DNA of 32,526 bases, taken from positions 1-32,526 of the forward strand of contig RBNJ01000342.1 in NCBI GenBank assembly GCA_003990765.1. The letters are read 5' to 3'. A program made the position numbers and the translations under genes. The notes beneath the pieces are model-generated. The model saw nothing but the letters and a program-made list of their open reading frames with translations. It did no database searches and was not told the origin of the DNA. This document shows positions 21,401 to 32,172 of this stretch, piece after piece. Position 1 is the first letter of the stretch; each line of letters opens with the position of its first letter. The stretch is from Jimgerdemannia flammicorona (lineage: Eukaryota).

Positions 21401-24400
21401 GAAAGGGCATTTCTTGGCCAATTTCTTGAGTTGTAGCTTGTTGATGTGGGTGATCTTTGGTCTAGGGTCACTAGAGTTGAGTGGGTCCTTTTTGCCTTGT
21501 AGTTTGAAGTTGTGGTGTCCTTTCCTGATGGTCAGAGAATAGTTTACCCAATCGATCATGGGGTTCTCTTGTTTTAACCATAGAGTCCCAAGGATGATTT
21601 CATTGTCAGGAAGTAGTACAATTTGGAGGGTAATATATACTTGGTAGTTGCCAATTCGGAGGGGTAGATTGCGGACTTCTTTGCTGATAATATGTGAGGT
21701 TCCATCAGCTGTAGCAACTGCTTGAGTTTGATGTACTGGAGAGGTAAAGATCTTGAGTCTGTTGGCTGTCTCTTCATTGATGAAGTTGCCTGAAGCACCA
21801 CTGTCTATCATAATCTTAACAGGTGCTCAGTTGATAAAAGCCTTAAGTGTGAGCAGTTTGTCTGATCCAATGGTGATAATTTCGGTTGTAGGGGCTCTCC
21901 TTCTGTTGTTTCTTCTCTGAGCCAGTTCGTTGATACAAGAGAAGCAATCATCAATCATTTGGGATGAGTACATTCCAATGCTGTGGGGACATCAGCCACT
22001 TGGTATATATCCATCTTCGATTTTCTTGTAGAATTGTTCTTCTTTGTTCATGGTAGGTTGGGCTGGGGTCTTGTTTGATGAGCCAAATCCTTTGGATCCT
22101 CGGATGGTGGGCAGTAGTTCAGGGACTTCCTTGACTGTCAGAGTTGACTCAATTTTCTTGAATAGGATCTGGGCTATGCAGAAACCTATGGAGATCTTAA
22201 ACAGTGTCCAACTATGGTTTTGGATGAGAACAATAATTTCGCCTGTGTAATCCTCATCAATGACTCCTCCTTCTACTGAGAGTCCTTTCAATACTAGGCT
22301 ACTGCAATAGCATATTCTTCCAATATGTCCTTTAGGGATTTGGATGCTGATTCCTGTGTAGATTTTTTTGACTTCTCGGTTGGAAACTATAGCTTCTTCA
22401 GCTGCATACAGGTCATATCCAGCTGCTTTTTGACTTCCTTTAGTTGGGGTCTTAGCAGTTTGTCTTAACTTGACAAAGTCTAGTGTTCTGGTGGTCAGGT
22501 TGTTGAGGTGGTGCAGAGTGGTAATGGTTGCTCTTATTGCTGTTCAGGGTTTTTGGTTAGGGCAGATGCTGGCCATGTGTCCTGTCTTTCGGCAATAGAA
22601 GCATGCTCCGCTTCTTCAAAGTTCTTTCCTTTTACCTTCAGTAAGTTTCTTGAAGATACTTGGCTGGGTAGATTCATGATTTCTGGGTGTCCAAGAGGTG
22701 GATGTGAAGGGAGCTTGGGATGCTTCATGCTTGGGTTCTTCTTTCTTGGTCCAAGTCTTTTCCTTGTTGTTGAATTGTCTTTAGGGCAGAATTGGTCCAG
22801 CTGTTAGAATTCGCTTGACCATAGTCTTGATTTTTACCAGGCACCATTGTTGGTGGTCACAACCAACTGAGCAACCTTGTTCTCAGATTTTTCTAGTAAG
22901 CCATTCAGGCAGGGCATCAAATAAATGGTCTACTCTTGTACCATTTCATGCTTCATCATTGGCAATATATCTTAGGCCAACAGTGTTCAGGAGTGACTTG
23001 AGTTTTGTACAGAAGGTTTCGAATTCTTCTTTGCCATGTACATCAAATTTGAGGCTGCAGAGTTTTACTCGAGATTTGGCAATCATGAGTTATTTGAGTC
23101 CAGGGGCTGCAGGATGGACTCCATATCCTGGGGCATTGTTTGCTGCATTCTGAGCAACTACTGCAGATCGGGTATCCCAAGTGAGGGGTTTTTCAGAAAG
23201 GGTTCACCACCATTCTTTGGCAGGTTCTCGGAAGAATGTAACAACTCAGCAGACATAGGCTGTAGTGATAGCAAAGAGTTGTTCCAGAGTGTGGTCTTGA
23301 TTGTTTGTCAGAACATGATCAGCGACTCGCTCATTGGTCCATTGATTGGCTTTGAAGTTGGTGTCAACTACACTAATGAAGCTTTGGACTTCTTGTGCAG
23401 TACTATTGAAGGTAGGTAGGCTCAGATTTTTTGTAGGTTGGGTCTGTTCAGCTAAGGCAGTAATGGTTGCTGCCATTATAGCTACTTGGGCTGTGAGATC
23501 AAGAATCTGTTGGTTCACCATATTGTTCACTGGAGGCAGTTGGACTGCTGGTAGTGGTGTTACTGGTACTACTTGAGGTACTGGTGCAGAGTGTGATGGG
23601 GTTCTTTGAGTCTGTGTAAGTTGCTGAAGTAGTAGTTGTAGATCTGGAGTAAGGGCTTGATAGATAGCTATTTGTTGTTATGTAGGTGTATTCTGTCCTG
23701 ATGGGAGTGTGTCTCCTTCTGTGGTATATCCAGGATCGAATTCAGTAAGATACTCCTCCTCCTCTTCAGTTTGGTCCCCCTGTAATTGGATTTGCTCGGC
23801 ATCAAAGTAGACAGAATCAGTTGTATATCTGATTTCAGATGAACTTAATTCAAAGTCAAGTTTAGATTCGGTATTGATTTCAGATTCAGGTAGGACTGTA
23901 GTAGGGCCTGCTTCAGGTTCAGGGTCAGGTAGTTGATGAAGGGTTTCTCTTACTTCTTCTTTAAGAATATGGTGGGCCTTACTATTCTGGAATTAGTAGT
24001 ATAATGCAGTCTTGGTCCTGGTATGGTGAAAGTCGGTAGAGTTGAGCCACTTGGCTATAGAGACTTGGGCTTCATGAGGAACTAAGACTAGAAAGACTAC
24101 TGCTGGTTTTCCTAGATTGCTTGGATTTGTGGAGCTGACAAAACTCTTGTTGAGAAGAGTAAAGAAGGCTTCTATAAGACCTTCTTTGTCTTGACTTGCT
24201 GAGTGTAGTATAAGGAGTTTGGTGAATAGGGTTTCACCTATTTGCTAGTTTAACCAGAGTACTTCTTTCTTTGAGTGAAGTTTATCCCACTTGTTGTAGG
24301 TGTGGAGGTCAAATTGTCCTTATATGTCAGGTTCAATTCTCTCCAGATTGTCAGATGGTTCAGGAAAAATTCCAGTTCAGAGGTTGGGCTTTATACCAAC

Positions 24401-24468
24401 TTGTAGGAATTCTCAGAAGGATATATAATGGGGTGAGTAAGCATCTTGAAGCAGAATTGGATTGTAAA
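18417..24468 (-). pseudogene. gag-pol: Element B gag-pol polyprotein (same domain order as A)
   Basis: Intact CFYCRKTGHMASIC at 22562-22603, dUTPase at about 22078-22490, DSG at 21797-21805, YIDD at 20747-20758, RNase H, integrase core, and chromodomain YLVNWKGYLIHNAIWEP ending at 18417. Confidence 0.96.
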
Positions 24469-24480
24469 CCACTGCTACTA
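24469..24480 (-). other. Primer binding site of B
   Basis: TAGTAGCAGTGG, 3 nt after the 5' LTR end at 24484. Confidence 0.65.
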
Positions 24481-24483
24481 AGT

Positions 24484-26436
24484 TGTAAGAGGGTTGCTTT
24501 TTAGAGTAACCATTACATAGTTCTAGAAAGGTTTTCTGGATATTCTGGAAGACCATTTTCTTAAGGTCAAGATTAATTTCATATGGAGTATGTCCTCTAT
24601 GCTTATTGATTTTAAGATCGGATTGATGTCTCAACCAAAGTCCTTTTTTGAACTAGTTCTGGATATTCAGGATTTTCCATATTTCAGGAAGTTCAAGAAA
24701 CTAAGACCAGCTTAGTTGAATTGGCATATCGCTGCAGACAATACCCAATTAGGAAATTTTGTGAGGGGGTTAGGAGTGGGACCTAATGGGGAGTAGATTT
24801 ACTTAAGAGTGGTTTGTGGATTATTAAATAGGTTTATTCGCTATTCATGATATTGCTATACTAGAGGTAGTTGTGTGAAGGGATATTGTAGGGAAGTATT
24901 CAGGAATGTTCTTGTGTATTCAAGTCTGAGATTCTGAGGTCTGGGGGAGTGGGTATTTATACTAGTGAGGGGCTATCTGGATTATGCTAAATATGGATAT
25001 AGCACTAAGTGCCTTGCTGAGTTGGAATGCAGTCACGTAGTACAAGTGTGATCTAACATATCAAGAGATCGTCTGACTGCTGAGTCAGTTCACAGTTACG
25101 TCATACAAGACTAATCTAACTATACTATGACTGCTAGGCTATTTATGGGTTTAGATGCTGTCTGGATAGTTCTCGATGATATCACCATCGATTGCATCAT
25201 CTCTGATGAAGTAGTCATCTAGGAAGAGTGGTTCATGGATTACTTCTCCTTGTTCACTAAGGTAATAATACATTGGAACTTCATCTTCATCCCACAGGAT
25301 AGTATCGTCTGTCTCGTATGCAGGATAAGATGTTGGTGGGCAAAGGAGGGATGCATCATTTTCACTTTCATTGGATTCGCTGTCTACATATCTCCTGTAA
25401 GTTACAGCACTATGAGTTGCAGAATTGTAATAAGCTGGTGGCTGTGGTTCATGTCGCTCATACTCAGGTGATGGAGTGATTGATTCAGTCTCGAGGGTTG
25501 TCTGGAGGTACAGATTGTGTTCTCTGGTCTCTTCATTGTAGTTGAAATAATCGAGGATAAATGTGGGTTGGTATTCGTGCCAGTGGTCATTGTCCCAATA
25601 AGTCTCATAGGCTGTTATGAATTGTTATAAGTTCATTGGCAAGGTTGGTAGTGTGATCAGGGTTAGTAGAGATCCTTGACTAGAGGTCATGTCGGCATCA
25701 GAGAGATCATTGTCTTCTGCTTCGTCTTTATCAAAGTGGATTATATCATAGATATCTTTCATGACATATGTATCCAACTTGGGGCATTTGCAGGATATGG
25801 TTGTTGGGGTATGGGAAGGTTCTGTCTGTGGTTTTGATGTACTTGAGATACTTGTGGTTGAGTTCTTGATATTTGTGGGCGATGAGCTTCTGGTGTTGAG
25901 ACATCTCGGTAATGTCTGTATCGTGGTGGTGTTCGACTATGTCTTCCAGGAGGTAGCTGATCTGGTAGTAGCTTGAGATTTGTCCGATTTGGTGGGCCTC
26001 GCTAAGCATGTTCAGAGCATTCCAATGGGCTTCCATGAAGTAGAGGGGTACTAGGCTATGGATATTCATGAGGGGCAGAGGGGGTGTGGCTCGGTTGACA
26101 ATGGTATTCCAAATGTCAGTGTGGATGTGGGTATAGATCTCGGTGGTCATGTTTGTGTGTTAGAAGTTGTGGTTGTTGTTTTGTTTTAGTTCTCTGATTT
26201 GACGCATCTTGGTGCTCAGTATATATATTTGATCCTGATTGGTAAGATTCCATTTGTGTAGATCTTATATTCTGTGACTTCATATTGACTCAGCTTTATG
26301 CGCTGTGACTTCAGTTTGACTCAGCTTCGTGATCGAGCAGGTGATTTCCAGATTTGTTCAGAGCTCGCGTGTGATTTCAGTAGCTTGTTTGGAGGGTGAT
26401 ATGTAATTTCGATGACTTGGAGATTGTGCACTTACA
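24484..26436 (-). repeat. 5' LTR of element B (1953 bp)
   Basis: Starts TGTAAGTGCAC at 26436 and ends CCCTCTTACA at 24484, followed by the PBS. Confidence 0.96.
25151..26150 (-). pseudogene. LTR-encoded U3 protein, B 5' LTR copy (4-nt insertion frameshift near 25770)
   Basis: ORF-track 25746..26150 is the N-terminal part. The total span is 1000 nt versus 996 nt in the B 3' LTR. Confidence 0.8.
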
Positions 26437-26747
26437 CCGACCCTCTGAAAAAAATAGCAAAACTGAAAGCAAGCCTATTCTCTCTGTATCACTAGTGGGA
26501 AATAAGGCATAGATATTTAAGAAGATTCCTTAGAGGAAATTCTCCAGCAGTAAATGACATCAGAATCACTTCTGGTATACAGCATTAAACATATGACCCT
26601 TTAACGTGTGAATCCAATGCATTAGGTAACTGTACTATGAGTATGCCACTTTCTGAGAAAAATAGACTTCACCAGACTTTTGATCTCCCAAATAGTATAA
26701 CAATACTAGAACAAAATTAGAAGGCCCCAATGAGGACATCAAAAGCT

Positions 26748-26761
26748 AAGAAGGGGAGAGT
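26748..26761 (+). other. Polypurine tract of A
   Basis: AAGAAGGGGAGAGT directly before the LTR TGTAAG at 26762. Confidence 0.9.
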
Positions 26762-28804
26762 TGTAAGTGCACAACCTCCAAGTCACTGAAATCACATGCG
26801 ACCTCCAAATAAATCTGGAAATCACCTGCTCGATCACAAAGCTGAGTCAAACCGAAGTTACAGCACACAAAGTTGAGTCAATATGAAGTCATAGAATACA
26901 TACAAGATTCATACAAATGGAATCTTACCAATCAGGACCAAATGTATATATACTGAGCACCGAGACACATCAAATCAGAGAACCAAAACAAACAATAACT
27001 ATAACTTCCAAACACACAAACATGACTACCGAAATCTATACCTATATCTGCACTGACATTTGGAATACCATTGTCAACCGAGCTACACTTCCTCTGCCCC
27101 TCATGAATATCTATAGCCTAGCACCCCTCTACTTTGTAGAAGCCCAATGGAATGCTCTGAACATACTTAGTGAGGCCCACTGAATCAGACAAATATCAAG
27201 CTACTACCAGATCGGCTATCTCCTGGAAGACATGATCAAATACCACCATGATACAGACATTATCCAGATATCTCAACACCAGAAGCTCATCACCTACAAA
27301 TATCGAGAACTCTTCTACAAGTATAGCATCATTATTCCCCATCTCCAAGTTATCACAGCCAAAATGATTGCTACCCTGTCCTATGACCAAATCAACAACA
27401 TGATATAAGAACTCAACCACAAGTATCTCAAGTATATTGAAACTACAGACAGAACCTTCCCACACCCCAATGATCATATCTTGCAAATACCCCAAGTTGG
27501 ATATGCCATGAAGGATATCTATAATATAATCCACTTTGATGAAGATGAAGCAGAAGACAATGATCCCTCCAACACCAATATGACCCCAAGCCAAGGATCT
27601 CTGCCAACACTAATTACACCATCAACCTTGCCAATGAACTTATAACAGTTTATAACCACATACGAGACTTATTGGGACAATGACCACTAACATAAATACC
27701 AATCCACATTCACCCCTGATTACTTCAACTATAATGAAGAGACCAGAGAACACAACCTGTACCTCCAGACAACCCTCGAGATTGAATCAACCACTCTACT
27801 ACCCAAGTATGAGTGATATGAACCACAGCCACTAGCTTACTACAACCCTGTGACTCATAGTGCTGTAACCTATAGAAGATATACAGATAGCAAATCTGAT
27901 GAAAGTGAAGATGATGTACCCCTCCTCTGCCCACCAATACCTTATCCAGCATATAAGACAGACAATGCTATTCTGTGGGATGGTGATGAAGTTCCAATGT
28001 ATTATTACCTCAGCAGATAAGGAGAAGTAATCTGCGAACCACTCTTCCTAGATAACTACTTCATCAGAGATAATGCAATCGATGGTGATATCATCGAAGA
28101 TTACCCAGACAGTGCCTAAACCTATAAATAGCCTAGCAGTCATAGTATAGTTAGATTAGCCTTGTACGACGTGACTGTGAACTGACTCAGCAGTCAGACA
28201 ATCTCTTGACATATCAGATCACACTTGAACTATATGACTGCATTCCGACTCAGCAAGGCACTTAGTGCTACATCTATATCTAGTATAGTCCAGATAGCCC
28301 CTCACTAGTATAAATACCCCCTCCCCCAAATCTCAGAATCTCAGACTGAAACACTTGAACAATCTGAACACAACTCCTGAGCACTTCCCCACAATATCCC
28401 TTTACACAACTACTCCTAGTATAGCAATAGCATGAATAGCAAATAAACCTATTTAATAATCCACAAACTACTCTTAAGTAAATCTGCTCTCCATTAGATC
28501 CCACTTCTAACCCTATCACAAAATTTCCTAATTAGGTATTGTCTGCAGTGATACGTCAATTCAACTAAGCTGGTCTTAGTTTCTTGAACTTCCTGAAATA
28601 TGGAAAATCCTGAATATCCAGAACTAGTCCAAAAAAGGACTCTGGTTGAGATGTCAACCCAATCTTGAAATCAATAAGTGTAGAGGATATACTCTATATG
28701 AAATTGATCTTGACCATAAGAAAACAGTCTTCCAGAATATCCAGAACTTCCAGAAAACCCTTTCAGAACTACATAATAGTTACCTAAAAAGCAACCCTCT
28801 TATA
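26762..28804 (+). repeat. 3' LTR of element A (2043 bp)
   Basis: Direct repeat of 8102-10130, followed by TSD GTTTC. Confidence 0.96.
27022..28119 (+). pseudogene. LTR-encoded U3 protein, A 3' LTR copy (365 codons, no frameshift, several transition-derived stops)
   Basis: ATG at 27022 (AAACATGA) to TAA at 28117-28119 is 1098 nt in one frame. The internal stops correspond to CGA, CAA or TGG codons, most of which are sense in other copies. Confidence 0.82.
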
Positions 28805-31063
28805 GTTTCCATAGAGTGATTTCATTATTACTTTAATTAATATTGGGGTTGTGCTTTCTAAACCATGGGATCCCAAGTATAATATATATTATAGGCAGAC
28901 AAATATGTTATGTCTAGGTCTACTTTCTCTTTATAGTCCTCTATCTATAGCATTAAGCCTTTGGCAATTTGAGATAATGTCTAAGTTTTGCTATTTGCAA
29001 ATTGTACTATTCTTTTATCACCAGATATAGTAAGAATTTTAGTCTGTTTTACTAAGTTCTAATTGATAAAATTTCTAAAGGCTTCTGTATCAAAGAGAAC
29101 CTTTATATCTTATCCTTTAACTTGAGCTAGAATTTCAATAAGTTCTTCATTATTAATTGTAGAAACAACTTCTTATATCAGATTTTGTTTCTTTTCTTCA
29201 GTCTGGATATTAGCTAGCTTAGTAGATCTTCTTTGACTAAGTTTACTTAGACATGAGTAACAGTTATTGAGCATTTTTGTACAATATATCTGTATGCCAT
29301 AAGGGTATCTTCTATATAATATATATCCATCTTCTAGTTAAGAGTATCATTTTTCTTCTTTGGTAGGTTTTGTTTCTTGAATAGTGGTCACTGTTTTGAG
29401 CTTCTCTTCAGTATTCTGAAGTAGTCCTGAGGATTCAAATCCTTTAGTTCCTCTTTCTGAAGGTGGAAATGTTTTGACTTCTTAAACTGTGAGATTATTC
29501 TTTATAACTTCTATAATCAGTTGTACTACTTTTTGTTCTAGTAGAACAGTATATTGTTCTTTTCTAAGAGTTCTCAGAATGACTTTAATTTCATTCTGAT
29601 ATCTTTCATCAATAACTCCTCTTCCTATTGAGAGATCATAATCTTTTTCTAATCCATATTCTAGCATAGATATTCTGAGGTATTTATACTGTTATGCCAG
29701 TTCTTATTACTTGAGATTTTTCTGGTAGTATTGTCTGTAAGACAGTACTATAGAGGTTATATCCTGTATCTATTAGATAAGCCTTAGTGGGAATAATTGC
29801 TTTATAGTAAAGCCTTTTAAATCTAATAACTTCTTCTATCTCAGGAATAGTATCAATAACTGAGATAGTTGAAAGTTTTGAAAAAATGTTTTTATTTTTC
29901 TCTAGACTGACATTTCTGTCTTCTTGTAGTAAAAACATTTGCCTTCTTTTCTAAGTCTATCTCTTTCTTCTGGAGAAAGTTTTTGGAAAGTGGATTTCTT
30001 AGGTATTGGAATTTCTCTGTTCTAATTCCTTTTCCTAGAGTCTTGATGGAGTTTACTTGAAGCTTGCTTAGAGTTTCTTATATTATTCTATTCTCTAGAT
30101 TTGGTGGTAGCAGATGCTGCTAAAACTATTCTTACTCTTATCTTTGATCATGAGGGCAGTCTGTAGGAATTTCTATTTTCTTGACTCTTCTGGCTAACTA
30201 TAGAGAAATACTTTGGAAGAAGTAATTTGCTCTGGTTCTATTAGAGGTATTATTATCAGGATTATAAGAGAGTCCTAATATATTCAAGGAGGCTTTCATT
30301 TTTATGCAAAGGCTTTTAGGTTTTCTTTGCTTTGTTTATCTCATTTTATAGCTTCTAATTGTGCTTTTGTATCTATAAGAAGTAAAGAACTTAGAAAATA
30401 TCTTTTTAGGAGATATTTAAGTTCTCTTGCTTTAGAGATTTCTAAATATCCTGGTTGGTCTCTTGTGGCATCTTATTCAGTAACTCTAATTCTATTTTCC
30501 CAAGTAAGGGACTTTGGATTTAAGTTATGATATCAGAGGGCAGCTGAATCTTGAAAATTAGCAGCTATTTTAGTAGTTTGAGCTTGGCTTTTTGCAAAGA
30601 CTTCCTCTGGAGAATATAATATATTCTTTACTAAGGTAGAGTCTAGATTTCTTTAGTCATTCCAACTATTGCACTTGTATCCATTATCTACTGCACTTAT
30701 AAATCCTGGTAGATCTGTAGATATTTCTCCAAAAGTGAGAATTGATAGTGCTTTAGCTAGTTAATTCATAATTGCTATTTGTCCTACTAGGTCAGCTAAT
30801 ACTGCCAGTTATCTTATTAATGCATCAGTAGCTATTATTGAGATTACTGATTCAGGTGTAAACTCTGGTTCTCTAAAAGTTTTATCTAAGTCTTCAGAGG
30901 TTTCTTTAAAGAGTCTTTCAAGGCCTTCTTCTTCTAAGGGGTCTGTTGCTTTCCCCTTTCCTTTAGATGATATATCTGGTAGACTTTCTGTTTCAGAAAG
31001 GTCTTCTACTAATAGTTCAGATTCAGAATCTGAATATCTATCTTCTAGTTCAGGTTCTGGTCC
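28805..31063 (-). pseudogene. gag-pol: Element C 5' part: Gag, CCHC, dUTPase, protease (5'-truncated; no PBS or 5' LTR in the window)
   Basis: Gag LSILTFG..STDLPGFISAVDNGYKCNSWND is homologous to B LSLPTFNSTAQEVQSFISVVDTNFKANQWTNE. Also GKCFY at about 29930, dUTPase (DTGYNLYS, GVIDERYQNEI, RGTKGFESSG) at about 29425-29830, and protease VLFDT(G)A..NFI at about 29070-29100. Confidence 0.88.
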
Positions 31064-31477
31064 TCAAATAAGACTAAAGAACTAAAAGACAATTCAGAAT
31101 TGCTATAAGAAAAGAGTGAAAAACTTATGGAGAAAGAGAAAGAAAATGATTATTTAAAGACTCAATTAGCAGAACTTAAAGAAGCTTTAAGAGAAAAAAG
31201 TGAGAAACTTGCTGATAGTGAGGAAAGAAATAGGTAACTACAAAATGAATTAGATGAGACAAAAGATGAAAATAATAAGTTGAGAACTATTATTAATTAA
31301 AAAGATTTTAAAGTATGCTTAGACAAGACATCTTTACCAAGTTTGCTCTAAGAAAAGAAGAACAGAACATTTTCATTAAAGCAAAGCAATCTTAAACTTT
31401 TAGAAAACAAAATAGAAAACAAAGTAAAGACTAGCTTTCATCAATTAGTAGCTAGAATAGAAGTTTACACTAAATAA
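31064..31477 (+). pseudogene. 5'-truncated coiled-coil gene resembling Mollicutes-related endobacterium (MRE) hypothetical proteins
   Basis: One frame reads NKTKELKDNSELL*EKSEKLMEKEKENDYLKTQLAELKEALREK...FHQLVARIEVYTK*. It is K/E-rich and very AT-rich, with internal TAA stops consistent with CAA>TAA. Confidence 0.6.
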
Positions 31478-31504
31478 GTAGTAGGCAAATAAGAATTTAT
31501 ATTA

Positions 31505-32172
31505 ATGAGAGAATTAATCTACACAGTTTTGGATTTGGAAGAATGGTCTAGCAGTAATGTGAGATGTGAGTTTTGTTCTAAATCTGAAAACAGTAGTAAT
31601 AAGCCTATTTGTCAAATCAGAACTTAGAGCAAATTGACTAAAAAGATAATTGCTAATGATGAGGCCTGTAAAAAATGCAAAGAATGATGAGATACCTAAA
31701 TGTAAAAGGTGTGGTAGATTACAAACTAGAATATGCTGAAATTCTTTGTATTTGCATTAGATATAAGAAAAATACAGAAGAAAAAGAACTCCTTATTTTA
31801 CCCCATAAATGAAGACCTAATGCTTTTTATGAATATCAAATAAACAGTTTGTGAGAAGAGTTGACCACAACAAAAGAAGCCTTAGAAATTGAAAGAGAAG
31901 AAATAGACAAATTCTATGAAATATCTGAGCAAAGAGGTAAGGAACAAAAACAAGAACTTTTGGATAATATTAGAGAATTAGAGGAAAGAATCAAGCAATT
32001 AGAAGCAGAGAACAAGTGACTAAAATAATTAACTCCTCAAGACCTGATTAATGAAATAGAATTTTATAAGGAAGAGGTTACTCAATTAAAAACTCAGTTA
32101 GAAAAATTGAATTCTCAACAGAATACTCAAATTGAGGTTAGAAAGTGACCTTGATTGAAAGTTAGGAAGTAA
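31505..32172 (+). pseudogene. CxxC-containing plus coiled-coil gene, MRE-like, genetic code 4 (TGA=Trp), frameshifted
   Basis: MRELIYTVLDLEEW...CEFC...CKKCKE(W)(W)...CKRCGR...CIC...EELTTTKEALEIEREEI...QQNTQIEVRK(W)P(W)LKVRK*. It starts 27 nt after the upstream stop, an operon-like spacing. Confidence 0.6.

Larger units (their letters stand above)
16299..26436 (-). mobile_element. Element B: full-length sister element (10138 bp) inserted antisense in A's 3' UTR
   Basis: LTRs at 24484-26436 and 16299-18212, both TGTAAG...CTTACA. TSD is CCAAC (16294-16298) / CCGAC (26437-26441), differing by one CpG transition. B's own 3' UTR shows the uninterrupted site AATACTGACCCTCTG. Confidence 0.97.
8102..28804 (+). 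mobile_element. Element A: full-length chromodomain Ty3/Gypsy LTR retrotransposon (~10.6 kb excluding nested B), inserted between PR and RT of element C
   Basis: Two LTRs (8102-10130, 26762-28804), a 5-bp TSD GTTTC at 8097-8101 and 28805-28809, a PBS and a PPT. Joining the flanks restores C's pol frame (TLWKQGQKLTLN). Confidence 0.97.

Noticed and set aside
16299..26436. Element B as an assembly-generated inverted duplicate of A
   Set aside because: B has its own TSD, subfamily-specific indels shared by both of its LTRs, and numerous substitutions relative to A.
26917..27021. Upstream ATG extending the U3 ORF to 400 aa (MESYQSGP...)
   Set aside because: Copies read either AAATGG or AAACAG here, implying ancestral AAACGG. 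The ATG is a CpG-decay product and lies upstream of the TATA-like element.
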